From Candidatus Izemoplasmatales bacterium (lineage in GTDB: Bacteria; Bacillota_I; Bacilli_A; Izemoplasmatales; Hujiaoplasmataceae), in assembly GCA_050177605.1 (NCBI GenBank), contig JBFXGX010000001.1:124349-188348 (forward strand): DNA of 64,000 bases, in the 5' to 3' direction. The position numbers and the translations under genes are program-made. Below, one piece after another: positions 29,130-39,528 of this stretch. Each line of letters opens with the position of its first letter. Position 1 is the stretch's first letter. A model generated the notes under the pieces. That model did not search any database. It saw nothing but the letters and a program-made list of their open reading frames with translations, and had not been told where the DNA came from.

Positions 29130-29950
29130 CACTTCCTTTGACATTGAGGACAATAATAGGTGCCTCTTCCTCCAACTCTTGTTTTAAGAATCATCGAACC
29201 GCATATTTTACAAGGTTCATCTTTTCTCATATGAACGTATAATTCGTTTTGAAACCTGCCTGTAACTCCTAGACTGGAGGTATAACTTCTTATCGTTGAA
29301 CCACCTAACAGAACGGCATGTTCTAAAACAATCTTGGCATTTTTTACGATTTCTTTGATTTCTTTTGGTTTTAAGCTACTGGCCAGCTTTTCGGGATATA
29401 TCTTGGAAAGAAATAAGACTTCATCAACATAAATATTTCCAAGTCCAGCCACATTCTTTTGATCTAGCAATACCGTTTTTATTGCACGATTTGTTTTACC
29501 AATTTTCTTTTTTAAGTACTCGTAAGTAAATCCTTCTTCAAAAGGTTCAAGGCCAATGGTTAATAAACCTGAAGTCGTCTCTTCAAATTCATTAAGAAGT
29601 TCCATTGTTCCAAACTTTCTTGTATCGTGATACCTTAGTGTTGTATGATCATCCAAATAAAATAAAAGATGTTCGTGTTTTTCTACTTCACTTGTTTCTG
29701 GTTTGATAAAGAATTTACCTTCCATTCTTAAGTGACTAATGAGTTTCATATCACCTATATAAAAGATTAAGTATTTACCATATCGACCAATCTTTAGTAT
29801 TTTTTTTCCTCTCAAAAGTGAGTCAAACTCTTCTTTCGTTTTATTGACTAACATTTTATCATAAAAGACAACTGTTTTTACAATCGATTTTCCAACCAAA
29901 ATATTTTCAAGTGTTCGCCGAACGGTTTCAACCTCTGGTAACTCTGGCAT
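29129..29950 (-). CDS. mutM: Formamidopyrimidine-DNA glycosylase
   Basis: MPELPEVET, HLRMEG, DTRKFG, GLGNIY, Zn finger CKIC...CPQCQ. Confidence 0.97.
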   Translation of the reverse strand: MPELPEVETVRRTLENILVGKSIVKTVVFYDKMLVNKTKEEFDSLLRGKKILKIGRYGKYLIFYIGDMKLISHLRMEGKFFIKPETSEVEKHEHLLFYLDDHTTLRYHDTRKFGTMELLNEFEETTSGLLTIGLEPFEEGFTYEYLKKKIGKTNRAIKTVLLDQKNVAGLGNIYVDEVLFLSKIYPEKLASSLKPKEIKEIVKNAKIVLEHAVLLGGSTIRSYTSSLGVTGRFQNELYVHMRKDEPCKICGSMILKTRVGGRGTYYCPQCQRK

Positions 29951-32581
29951 TTACTTCACCTCAAATAGGTTTTCACCAAAACTAGACTCAATAATAAGCG
30001 GCACTGAGAAAGGAACTGCATGTTCCATTTTGTCGTGAATTAAAGCTTCCATATATTCTTTTTCATCTTGATGAATCGAAAATACGAGTTCATCATGGAT
30101 TTGAAGTAACATTTTTGACTTAACGTGATGCATCTTCATTTCATGATAAATATCGACCATCGCTATTTTTAATATATCTGCAGCACTACCTTGAATCGGT
30201 GCATTCATTGCCATTCTTTTTCCAAATTCTCGCATTTGGTAATTACTAGATGAAGCTTCAGGAATATATCTTCTGCGTTGGAAAAGGGTTTGCACATAGC
30301 CCTTTGTTTGTGCATCACTGATTGACGAGTCCATAAATGTTTTAATTTCTGGATAGTTTTCAAAATAATTAGCGATAAACTTCTCTGCTTGTTTTGGCGA
30401 TATATGTAAATCTTCAGATAATCCCCAAGCAGTTTTTCCATAAATAATCCCAAAGTTTATCGCCTTTGCTTGGCGACGCATCAATGGCGTAATATCTTCA
30501 GTCTTAAAGATGAGTTTCGCTGTTGAAGTATGAATATCTTCGCCTTGATTAAATGCTTCTTTTAATTCAGCTACATTCGCCATTTCAGCTAATACTCTTA
30601 ATTCAATTTGTGAATAATCACAGGAATAAAGTAAATATCCCGGCTCGCTCACAAAAACTTTTCTTAAAGACTTGCCTTCTTCTGTCTTAATTGGAATATT
30701 TTGAAGATTGGGCTCAATTGATGAAAGCCTTCCAGTTTGCGTTGCGGCTTGTTTATAAATCGTATGAATCTTGCCATCATTTTTTATGGTTAGTGCATTC
30801 TTTAAGCCTTCATAATATGTTGAATACAATTTCGTTAATGAACGGTATTCCATAATCGATGGAATGATTGGATGAAAAGCTTCAAGTTGTTTTAAAACGG
30901 AGACATCAGTAGAATATCCTGACTTTGTCTTTTTAGAATAAGGTAACATGAGCGTTTCAAATAGAATGGTTCCAAGTTGTTTTGGACTATTGATATTAAA
31001 TTCTTCTCCTGCCAAATCATAAATTAATTTTTCAAGGTCTTTGATTCTATGGTCTAAATCAGCACCTATCTCAGATAGTTTTTCGCTATCAACATGAATA
31101 CCCTCAAATTCCATTTCAGCCAGACATTCACTTAATGGTAATTCAATTTTATTTAACAACGTTAATTGATCAAATTCCTTATTCTTTTCTAGCAATTCTT
31201 TCCTTAAGGAAAAAATAGCTTTTGCTTTTTTCGCAATATGTTCTTCAAGGATAAGTTTGTCTTCAGGCACACTAAATTTGACACCTTTAGAATAAATTTC
31301 TTCATCGTAAGTTACTTCATCATAATCAAAGGATGAAACGATTACTTTAAAATCTTCTTTGGTGAGGTTAGGATTAATTAAATACGCCGCTAGTAATAAG
31401 TCAAAAGTAATACCTTCACAAGTAATTCCATCCCAAAGTAAGGAGACTTTCATTTGTTTATAATCAAAAGTATATTTTGTATAAAGTGGAGAAGCTAGCC
31501 AATCCGTAAATACTTTCGATGAAATCGCAAAATCATAATTTAAGAAATAAACGCCTTGATAACTTGCCAGTCCAAAACCTAAGCGTTCGCTCGTGTGATA
31601 ATTCGTACCAAAGGTTTCTAGATGAACGCTCATCTCCTTTTGAATGATACCTTTCAACTGTTCATCAGAAGTAATTAAAGTATACTCAAAACGAGAGGAT
31701 TCTCTCACCCTCGCTGGTTTTTCTAATCTTTTCAAGAATTGATGGAATTCCATCTTTTGATAGAAGTTTTTCACTTTCTCATATTCATATCCACGGTACT
31801 CTAAATTGTTTATATCGATGAGATTATCAAAATCAGTTGAGATGGTAGCTAGTTCTTTTGAAAATAAGGCGACCTCTTTACCTTCTTCAATACGTTCCTT
31901 CAGTTTTCCTTTTAAATCTTCCGTATGGGCAAGTACATTCTCAAGGGTTTGGTAATCACTTAACAATTTTTGTGCTGTTTTATCGCCAATCCCTTTGATT
32001 CCTGGAATGTTGTCAGATGGATCACCCACAAGTCCTTTGTAGTCTCGAACTTGATCTGGTCTGATTCCAAGTTTTTCCATCATATAACCCGGAGTAAATA
32101 TCTCAACTTCAGAGAATCCTTTCCGAGATACAAGTTGTTTTACATTGTTATCTAAAAGTTGCATTAAATCATGATCATTACTTATAATCAATACTTCATC
32201 GAATTCTTCTTTAAAATGTGTTGCACAAAATCCGATAATATCATCAGCTTCATATCTCTCTTGTGAATAATAAGGAATACCTGCAGCATCAAAATATTCA
32301 GCCATAATTGGAAATTGACTGATAAGTTCCGAAGGCGTCTCTTTACGTGTACCTTTATACTCTTCAAACAATTCATGTCGGTGGGTTTTCCCTTTTGGGT
32401 CTAGCGCCACTAGTAAATGGGTAAAATCCATTTTCAAAACTGCTTGCATCGAGTTGACTAATCCATAGATTCCATTGGTATAAACTCCATTTGAGTTCTG
32501 CATTAAATTGCCCATAGCAGCCGTAGCGTAATAAGCTCTAAAAAGCATGTTCGAACCATCGATAAGTATTAGTTTTTTCAT
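29951..32581 (-). CDS. polA: DNA polymerase I
   Basis: Start corrected to MKKLILIDG; YEADD, GDPSDNIPG, TGRLSS, DYSQIELR, QIHDEL. Confidence 0.97.
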   Translation of the reverse strand: MKKLILIDGSNMLFRAYYATAAMGNLMQNSNGVYTNGIYGLVNSMQAVLKMDFTHLLVALDPKGKTHRHELFEEYKGTRKETPSELISQFPIMAEYFDAAGIPYYSQERYEADDIIGFCATHFKEEFDEVLIISNDHDLMQLLDNNVKQLVSRKGFSEVEIFTPGYMMEKLGIRPDQVRDYKGLVGDPSDNIPGIKGIGDKTAQKLLSDYQTLENVLAHTEDLKGKLKERIEEGKEVALFSKELATISTDFDNLIDINNLEYRGYEYEKVKNFYQKMEFHQFLKRLEKPARVRESSRFEYTLITSDEQLKGIIQKEMSVHLETFGTNYHTSERLGFGLASYQGVYFLNYDFAISSKVFTDWLASPLYTKYTFDYKQMKVSLLWDGITCEGITFDLLLAAYLINPNLTKEDFKVIVSSFDYDEVTYDEEIYSKGVKFSVPEDKLILEEHIAKKAKAIFSLRKELLEKNKEFDQLTLLNKIELPLSECLAEMEFEGIHVDSEKLSEIGADLDHRIKDLEKLIYDLAGEEFNINSPKQLGTILFETLMLPYSKKTKSGYSTDVSVLKQLEAFHPIIPSIMEYRSLTKLYSTYYEGLKNALTIKNDGKIHTIYKQAATQTGRLSSIEPNLQNIPIKTEEGKSLRKVFVSEPGYLLYSCDYSQIELRVLAEMANVAELKEAFNQGEDIHTSTAKLIFKTEDITPLMRRQAKAINFGIIYGKTAWGLSEDLHISPKQAEKFIANYFENYPEIKTFMDSSISDAQTKGYVQTLFQRRRYIPEASSSNYQMREFGKRMAMNAPIQGSAADILKIAMVDIYHEMKMHHVKSKMLLQIHDELVFSIHQDEKEYMEALIHDKMEHAVPFSVPLIIESSFGENLFEVK

Positions 32582-32625
32582 TCGCTCACCTCGTAACTTT
32601 TGTTTTATTTTACCATAGAAAAGAG

Positions 32626-32650
32626 AAAAATGCACAGGGTATGTGCATTT
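32626..32650 (-). terminator. Terminator after coaX
   Basis: AAATGCACA...TGTGCATTT hairpin with U-rich tail on the minus strand. Confidence 0.65.
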
Positions 32651-32655
32651 GACGT

Positions 32656-33414
32656 TTATTTATGAATAACTTTATTTTTTTCGTTAACTAGTAATAATCC
32701 TTTTAATATCAATTCTGTATCCACAACTACTTTTTCAGTTAACAGAGGATAGACAAGTTTTGCATGTCCTCCAGTTAAAACAACAGTTAAATCTGGTTTT
32801 AGCAATTGTTTTTTAATTCTTGAAATCATTCCATCAATTAGTGAAGCGTGTCCATAAACAAGACCAGATTTGATGGAATCTGTAGAGTTTGTCCCAAGTA
32901 GCTTTACAGGCGTAGAAAGTTCAACCTGTGGTAGCAGTGACGTTTTAGTAATTAGGGCATTTCTAGAGGTTGTTAGACCGGGAGAAATCGCAACACCTTT
33001 TAGATTAAGTTCTTCACAATAAGTAAAGGTGGTTGCGGTACCTAGATCAACGACGAGTACCGTTGGATTATAAAGTGACGTTGCGGCAACGACATTCGTA
33101 ATTAAGTCAGTACCTACTTCTTTTGGATTATCAGTCACGACTCGTATTCCAGTTTTTACACCATATCCTAAAAAGATTGGTTTGATTGAAAATTGCTTTT
33201 CAAAATATTCTGAAAATACCTCATTTAGTTCTGGAACTACAGAAGAAATGACCGCTTGATCAATTCCTTTTAAAAACTGATTCAAAGTAATCGCATATTC
33301 ATCTGCAGATTTCGACTTTTCAGTATTCATTCGATATACAATATCAATTGTTTTTGGTTGATTTGAGACCCCTATCGCAATAGAGGTATTCCCAATATCA
33401 ATTAATGCAATCAT
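32656..33414 (-). CDS. coaX: Type III pantothenate kinase
   Basis: IDIGNT, SSVVP, EVGTD, VDLGTATT, LTGG. Confidence 0.94.
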   Translation of the reverse strand: MIALIDIGNTSIAIGVSNQPKTIDIVYRMNTEKSKSADEYAITLNQFLKGIDQAVISSVVPELNEVFSEYFEKQFSIKPIFLGYGVKTGIRVVTDNPKEVGTDLITNVVAATSLYNPTVLVVDLGTATTFTYCEELNLKGVAISPGLTTSRNALITKTSLLPQVELSTPVKLLGTNSTDSIKSGLVYGHASLIDGMISRIKKQLLKPDLTVVLTGGHAKLVYPLLTEKVVVDTELILKGLLLVNEKNKVIHK

Positions 33415-33416
33415 CG

Positions 33417-34082
33417 TTATTCACTCACTTTTTTTGGTTTATTCCATTTCAAATAGACCATTAAACGGTCACATACTATTGCGCCAATGGAAGCGGCAAG
33501 TAATGCTTCAATTAAACTGTTGGATACTAATACACCTAGTATTAATTTTAATCCAGCGCTTAAAGTCGTTGTTCCTTGAATAAGTCCTAACACATCTGTT
33601 CCAACGATTGATTGATAATTTGCATTCGCTAAAACGAGTGGGAATGTTGTTAATAACATCGGTAAGACAAGGATACTATGAAGCATTGATAATACAAAGA
33701 AACTAACAATCAGAGCAACGATTTGTACTTTGATTAGTTTGTTGAAGAATAGGTAGATGTCATACACAAAGAGTCCAAATAAAAATCTTGGTAGAACGCT
33801 AACCCAAGGGAACACAAAAAGGAAATCGAAATTCGCACTCATTGCGCCACGAATCATCGATACTACTCCGAATGCTAGCCCAAGAATCATACCGTTTTTT
33901 CTACCAAGAAGAATTCCTCCGATAATGACAGGAATTGGAATGATGGTATAACTAACAACACCAATGGTAATGAATCCCAAAAATGGGACAAATGCCATGA
34001 CGACAATAATGGCGATAAACATCGCTAAAATTGTCATTTCTCTTACTTTTTCTTTATTGCTTTTTACTACTTTTGTTGCCAT
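33417..34082 (-). CDS. panT: ECF transporter S component, probably pantothenate-specific (PanT)
   Basis: FVPFLGFI...TIIPIPVIIG...SVLPR pattern of PanT-like S components; adjacent to coaX. Confidence 0.75.
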   Translation of the reverse strand: MATKVVKSNKEKVREMTILAMFIAIIVVMAFVPFLGFITIGVVSYTIIPIPVIIGGILLGRKNGMILGLAFGVVSMIRGAMSANFDFLFVFPWVSVLPRFLFGLFVYDIYLFFNKLIKVQIVALIVSFFVLSMLHSILVLPMLLTTFPLVLANANYQSIVGTDVLGLIQGTTTLSAGLKLILGVLVSNSLIEALLAASIGAIVCDRLMVYLKWNKPKKVSE

Positions 34083-34140
34083 AATTTTTTCCTTTCCAAG
34101 CCACATTTTGTGGTCTCATAAGATTTTATATTTTAAAAAG

Positions 34141-35205
34141 CTAAACGTTTGATTTAATCTCGTTTACCTTATTAAAATCAAGTTGTTTTAACATCGCAAG
34201 GATGACTTTTTTTACAGCTTCATAATCATCAGTGTGTATCATTGAAGTTGTAGAATGAATATATCTTGCAGGCATACCAATCGTACATACAAGTACACCA
34301 TCTCTTGATAGTTGCACTTCTGCCGCATCCGTTCCGCCTAAAGATTTATAATATTGGAATGGGATATTTTCTTTTGTCGCTACTTCTTCGACAAATTTTT
34401 TCATACCTTGGTGCATAATTGCTCGAGGATCATAGAAACGAATCATAAATCCTTTTCCGAGTGTTCCACCAACTTCACTAGTTTCAAAAGTGTCAGAACA
34501 TGGACTACAATCTACCGCAATAAAGACATCCGGTTTGATCATGTATGATGATGTTTTCGCTCCACGAAGGCCGACTTCCTCTTGGACGTTCGCTCCAGCG
34601 ACGAATTTACATGGTAATTCTTCTTTATTGATTGATTCAAGCAAATCAAGTGCCATTGCACTACCAAAGCGGTCATCCCAAGCTTTAGAAATGATTTTCT
34701 TTCCATCTTTCGTTACTGTGTAATTATTATGAAAAACGATTTGTTGACCAATTTTAATTCCAAGTTCGATTGCATGTTCTTTAGAATCTGCACCTATATC
34801 TAGTACAAAATCATCAAAATCACTTACTTGTTTTGTTGTGTTATCTCTTAATAAATGAGGTGGCTTTGCTCCGACAACGCCAGGAACAAACGTTTCATCA
34901 TCAATAACGACATTCATATGTTGACTTAACATCACCGGTGGGTTGATTCCACCAATTGGAATCATCTTAATAAATCCTTTATCCGTGATGCCAACAACCA
35001 TTGCACCCACTTCATCCATATGTCCAGCCATCATCACGGTTGGACCAGTACTGTTTTCATTGACGATGCCAAAAATAGATCCCAGTTTATCTTGAACAAC
35101 TCGTTCAGATAACTTTTCTAAATGGTTTTTCATATAACGTCTTACTATATACTCATGGCTAGATACGCCAGGTAAGTTTACTAAATCACGATAAAATTGT
35201 TTCAT
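34141..35205 (-). CDS. M42 family aminopeptidase
   Basis: PGVSSHE, AGHMDEVG, KAWDDR, QEEVGLRGA, GGTDA, RYIH. Confidence 0.93.
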   Translation of the reverse strand: MKQFYRDLVNLPGVSSHEYIVRRYMKNHLEKLSERVVQDKLGSIFGIVNENSTGPTVMMAGHMDEVGAMVVGITDKGFIKMIPIGGINPPVMLSQHMNVVIDDETFVPGVVGAKPPHLLRDNTTKQVSDFDDFVLDIGADSKEHAIELGIKIGQQIVFHNNYTVTKDGKKIISKAWDDRFGSAMALDLLESINKEELPCKFVAGANVQEEVGLRGAKTSSYMIKPDVFIAVDCSPCSDTFETSEVGGTLGKGFMIRFYDPRAIMHQGMKKFVEEVATKENIPFQYYKSLGGTDAAEVQLSRDGVLVCTIGMPARYIHSTTSMIHTDDYEAVKKVILAMLKQLDFNKVNEIKSNV

Positions 35206-35207
35206 AG

Positions 35208-35849
35208 TTACTCCTTATCTAGTCTTGCTTTAAGAAAGAAAATTGGATTTCCCAAAGCCACAAATTTTTCTTCAAATTCAGTAGGTATGTTCCCTTCTGT
35301 CAAATGATAATCCAAACTAATTTCATCCAAGAAATAATTGGGATGACGATGAAAACTCATCATCGAATAATCGAATAATCCAAAGTTATCTGTTTTCAAC
35401 CTGACATCTCCATTATTTTTTAAAATATGGCGATATTGTTCTAGAAAACGCGCATGTGTTAATCTTCTTTTTTCCTGTCTTTTCTTTGGCCATGGATCTG
35501 AGAAGTTTAAATAAATTTCTTCGACTTCGTTTTCGGCGAAAAACGAAGAGATATTCTGAGCATCTTTTTGGATAAATCTAACATTTGGTAAAGGTTGTTC
35601 GAGATATTTTTCTAAGCCGCGTATAACGACAGAATCATATTTCTCGATTCCTATAAAATTAATATGAGGGTAAGTCTTGCCCATTTCAATGATGAACTGA
35701 CCTTTTCCACAACCTATTTCAACATGGATAGGTTGCTCAACAGGAAAAACTGATTGCCAAGAACCATAAAATTCTTCAGGATTGGTTTTGACGACATCCG
35801 TATGCTCATTAATATAGTCTTTTGCGTATTTAATCTTTCTTAAACGCAT
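35208..35849 (-). CDS. trmB: tRNA (guanine-N7)-methyltransferase
   Basis: EIGCGKGQF, LNFSDPWPKKR, LKTDN, TEFEEKF. Confidence 0.96.
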   Translation of the reverse strand: MRLRKIKYAKDYINEHTDVVKTNPEEFYGSWQSVFPVEQPIHVEIGCGKGQFIIEMGKTYPHINFIGIEKYDSVVIRGLEKYLEQPLPNVRFIQKDAQNISSFFAENEVEEIYLNFSDPWPKKRQEKRRLTHARFLEQYRHILKNNGDVRLKTDNFGLFDYSMMSFHRHPNYFLDEISLDYHLTEGNIPTEFEEKFVALGNPIFFLKARLDKE

Positions 35850-37205
35850 TTATTCGTTACCTGCTAGTTTCACAATGCATTCAGCATAAATCGCTGCAGC
35901 AGTAATCATATCTTCAATAATTAAATACTCATTGGCTTGATGTGCTAAATCTTCTTTACCAGGCATGTTTGGTCCGAAAGCAACTGCTTTTTTAAGCGTT
36001 CTAGCATACGTACCTCCACCAATCGTTAATAATGGTGTCGTGGTGTCGCCAGTATATTTTTGATATGTTTGATATAATGTTTGAACAAGTGGATCATTTT
36101 TTGGAACATAATGAGGTGTACTATTGTGATGCGCCACATATTTTAAACCATAGAGAGATGCCAAATTAGTCGCGTGCTCTTTCGCTTCTTCAAAAGGGAA
36201 TCCTTTTGGATAACGGATATTGTTTCCAATAAAAAATTGATTATTTTCATACTTGATTAACGCAAGATTAAGTGTTAAATCTTCCATCTCGTCATCATGA
36301 TAATTCATGCCTAGTTTCTTTCCAGCTGTATCAAATACTAGGTAGTCGTGCATAAAATCTAGGAACTTCGCATGCGTTACTGAATATAAGAACTCAACCA
36401 TTAAAAAGATAGCATTCAGTCCTAAATGTGGCCAAGCTGCATGAGAATTTTTACCAAAGATTGTGTAAACATTGCCTTCAACTTTACCCTTATAATTATT
36501 TTTTTCTAAATAAGCCAAAAATTCCTTGCTTACATCTCTTTTTAAGACGGCTTTGCATTCATCAGGAACTACATTGTATCTTTCACCTGCATGAATTGAA
36601 TCAATTAACTCATTCGCTTCTTCTGAGATAAAATCAAAACTATAAATTCCTTTTTCTGCATAAATTAATGGAAAATCTGCATCAGGAGCAAATCCTAAAT
36701 CAGGCATTTGTTCTTTTTCTAAATAACGACGAATACATCTCATTCCAGATTCTTCATCACAACCTAAAATAAGACGTACTTTTTTATTTAATTTAATATT
36801 TTGATCTTGTACCATACGCATTGCAATATAAGCTGCCATCGTCGGTCCTTTGTCATCCATTGCTCCACGAGCAAAAATTTTTCCATTTTCTAAATAAGCA
36901 CTAAAAGGATCATGATTCCAGTTTCCACCGGTAGGCACGACATCCAAATGGCCAAGGATACCTAAAACTTCGTCTCCTTCTCCCATTTCAATATGTCCTG
37001 CGTAATGATCAATATCCTTCACTAAAAAACCATCTTTCTCGCCTAAAGCAAGCATATGGTCCAATGCCTTTCGAATTTCTTTTCCAAAAGGTTCCTCTAA
37101 ATTTGATTCATCAAATTTTTCTAAAAGTGTCGGAATCTTTAACAAGGCAGTTGTTTTTTCTACAAATTCATTTTCATATTTTTTCGCGATTTCTAACCAA
37201 TTCAT
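35850..37205 (-). CDS. pepV: Dipeptidase PepV (M20)
   Basis: GHLDVVP, RGAMDDKGP, GCDEESG, FPLIYAEKG, GGGTYAR, HQANE. Confidence 0.93.
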   Translation of the reverse strand: MNWLEIAKKYENEFVEKTTALLKIPTLLEKFDESNLEEPFGKEIRKALDHMLALGEKDGFLVKDIDHYAGHIEMGEGDEVLGILGHLDVVPTGGNWNHDPFSAYLENGKIFARGAMDDKGPTMAAYIAMRMVQDQNIKLNKKVRLILGCDEESGMRCIRRYLEKEQMPDLGFAPDADFPLIYAEKGIYSFDFISEEANELIDSIHAGERYNVVPDECKAVLKRDVSKEFLAYLEKNNYKGKVEGNVYTIFGKNSHAAWPHLGLNAIFLMVEFLYSVTHAKFLDFMHDYLVFDTAGKKLGMNYHDDEMEDLTLNLALIKYENNQFFIGNNIRYPKGFPFEEAKEHATNLASLYGLKYVAHHNSTPHYVPKNDPLVQTLYQTYQKYTGDTTTPLLTIGGGTYARTLKKAVAFGPNMPGKEDLAHQANEYLIIEDMITAAAIYAECIVKLAGNE

Positions 37206-37297
37206 TATAGTCACTCCTTAACACCCATTATTGTATCACAATAAAATTGTTTTGCCAATAAAAGCAATCAAGGAAATCGCGTTTTCTAGAGACACAA

Positions 37298-37325
37298 TTG
37301 ACAATTCAAATCTTTTTTGTATAAT
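37298..37325 (+). promoter_or_regulatory. Sigma-A promoter of the P1B ATPase gene
   Basis: TTGACA-16-TATAAT; downstream inverted repeat GTTATAT-AGGGGAA-ATATAAC at about 37343-37363. Confidence 0.7.
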
Positions 37326-37385
37326 GTAGATAGGTCAAGTATTCGTTATATAGGGGAAATATAACCTTACTTTCAGAGGGATAAG

Positions 37386-39500
37386 ATGATACGTAAAATA
37401 ATAATGAAAAATTTAACTTGTTCGAATTGCATTGCGAAGGTTGAACGTCGTACTTCAAGACTTCCATATGTAAATAGTGCAAGTTTTAACTACACAAATC
37501 AGATTTTATTAGTTGATTTTAAAGATGACTATAATGAGGCTGAAGCACTGAAAGAAATTAAGTCGATTGTAGACTTGCTTGAAGACAACATTATTACTCA
37601 TTATTTTGAGGATAAAGTTGAGACTAAAAAGCACAATTTCTTTGTCGATTACCGATTTGTTCTTTTTGGAATGGTTATCATCTTTTTTACGTTTTCTGCC
37701 TACCGTATTTTTCCTTTCATTAATACAATCTTTGGAACGAATTATGGTTCACTTAAGGAAACCACTTCTCGCATTCTTTATTGGATAGGCTACTTATTCC
37801 TCATCTCCAAATTACTTATTTTACAAATCAAAGGTATTAAGAAATTTAACATCTTTAACGAAAATACTTTGATGATTATTGCTACTTTCGCAGCGATGTT
37901 CATTGGTAAATTTGAGGAAAGTATCGCTGTAGTTATTTTATATTCGTTTGGAGAATACTTACAAGCGAGAGCTGTATCAAAGTCTAAAAATGAAATCTCA
38001 GCGCTCATGAACATGAAAATCGAATATGCCAACGTTCTTGAGAATGATAAGATAGTCGTTAAAGATCCAATGCAAATCAAAGTCGGGGATATTCTTGTTA
38101 TTAAGAATGGAGAAAGAATTCCAGTTGATGGTGAAGTCATCCTAGGATCCACTAGTTTAAATACAAGTGAACTCACCGGTGAAACGAAACTTAAAAGAGT
38201 TGAAGTAGGTAGTTCGATACTTTCAGGGAATATCAATGTAGGGAATATGATTCAAATGAGAGCTAGCAAGGAATACTCTGATTCGACATTAGCCAAAATT
38301 ATTGATTTAATTGAGAATTCGACAAATCATAAATCGAATACCGAAATGTTTATTACGAAATTTGCTAGAATCTATACACCTATCGTTGTAGGTCTTGCCC
38401 TTCTTCTTGTCATCTATGGAATCATCGTGAATCCTGACGCAGTACTAGCGGAAAAAGGTTATGTATATCGAGCAGCTATTTTTCTTGTAATCTCGTGTCC
38501 TTGTTCTTTAGTTTTAAGTGTTCCACTTTCTTACTATGCAGGAATTGGTGCAGCTGCGAAAAATGGTATTTTATTTAAAGGCTCCACTTATTTAAATACA
38601 TTAACAGATGTGAAAACCATTGCTCTAGATAAGACGGGTACGCTAACCTATGGCAGTTTCTTTGTACAAGAATTTACGAATGAAGAAACCGTTCAAATCG
38701 CAGCTTCGATTGAAAAATATTCCAATCACCCAATTGCTGAAGCTATCTGTAATTTCAATCAACGTGAAGTATTACCTGTTGAGAATATCGAGGAAGTACC
38801 AGGATACGGAATGAAAGGAACCTTAAATGGTGAGGTCGTTCTTGCAGGAAGTATCAAAATGCTTGAGCAACAAGGTATTCATGTTACCGATGAAAAACTT
38901 CCTACCGGAACTTATACCTTTATTTCTGTAGGAGATAAATATATCGGATACATTGTTATCAAAGATGAATTAAAAGAAACATCAATGGAAACAGTAAGAC
39001 ATTTCTCAAAACATTATGATACCGTAATGTTAACTGGTGATAATGAAAAATCCGCAGGAGAAATAGCTCGCAAACTTGGTGGTATAGAATATTACGCTGA
39101 ATTGCTTCCTGAACAAAAACTTGAAAAATTCAATCAAATTCGTACCAACTCTGTAAGTCTATTTGTTGGCGATGGAATCAATGATGCGCCATTATTAAAG
39201 AATGCTGATATTGGTGTATCGATGGGATCTGCTTCTGATTTAGCGATTGAAGTATCCGATATTATCATCATGAATAACGATATTCGATTGCTTGACAAAG
39301 CAATTAAAATCGCAAAGAAAACAAGAAGTATAGCAACTCAAAATATTGTCTTTTCAATGATTGTTAAAGCCCTATTCTTAGGCCTTTCCGCATTAGGAAT
39401 CATGTGGATGTGGCTATCGCTATTCGCTGATGTAGGGATTGCCCTTTTATGTGTATTGAACGCCTTAAGAATTATTTACCAAAAGAGATATTTAAAATAA
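37386..39500 (+). CDS. cadA: Heavy-metal P1B-type ATPase (Zn/Cd/Pb class, CadA/ZntA-like)
   Basis: N-terminal LTCSNC, TGE, CPC(SLVLSVP), DKTGTLT, HP, GDGINDAP, FADVG. Confidence 0.88.
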   Translation: MIRKIIMKNLTCSNCIAKVERRTSRLPYVNSASFNYTNQILLVDFKDDYNEAEALKEIKSIVDLLEDNIITHYFEDKVETKKHNFFVDYRFVLFGMVIIFFTFSAYRIFPFINTIFGTNYGSLKETTSRILYWIGYLFLISKLLILQIKGIKKFNIFNENTLMIIATFAAMFIGKFEESIAVVILYSFGEYLQARAVSKSKNEISALMNMKIEYANVLENDKIVVKDPMQIKVGDILVIKNGERIPVDGEVILGSTSLNTSELTGETKLKRVEVGSSILSGNINVGNMIQMRASKEYSDSTLAKIIDLIENSTNHKSNTEMFITKFARIYTPIVVGLALLLVIYGIIVNPDAVLAEKGYVYRAAIFLVISCPCSLVLSVPLSYYAGIGAAAKNGILFKGSTYLNTLTDVKTIALDKTGTLTYGSFFVQEFTNEETVQIAASIEKYSNHPIAEAICNFNQREVLPVENIEEVPGYGMKGTLNGEVVLAGSIKMLEQQGIHVTDEKLPTGTYTFISVGDKYIGYIVIKDELKETSMETVRHFSKHYDTVMLTGDNEKSAGEIARKLGGIEYYAELLPEQKLEKFNQIRTNSVSLFVGDGINDAPLLKNADIGVSMGSASDLAIEVSDIIIMNNDIRLLDKAIKIAKKTRSIATQNIVFSMIVKALFLGLSALGIMWMWLSLFADVGIALLCVLNALRIIYQKRYLK

Positions 39501-39528
39501 AAGATGGAGAATTTTCTCCATCTTTTTT
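39499..39528. terminator. Bidirectional terminator cadA/tyrS
   Basis: AAAAGATGGAGAA-TT-TTCTCCATCTTTTTT. Confidence 0.85.
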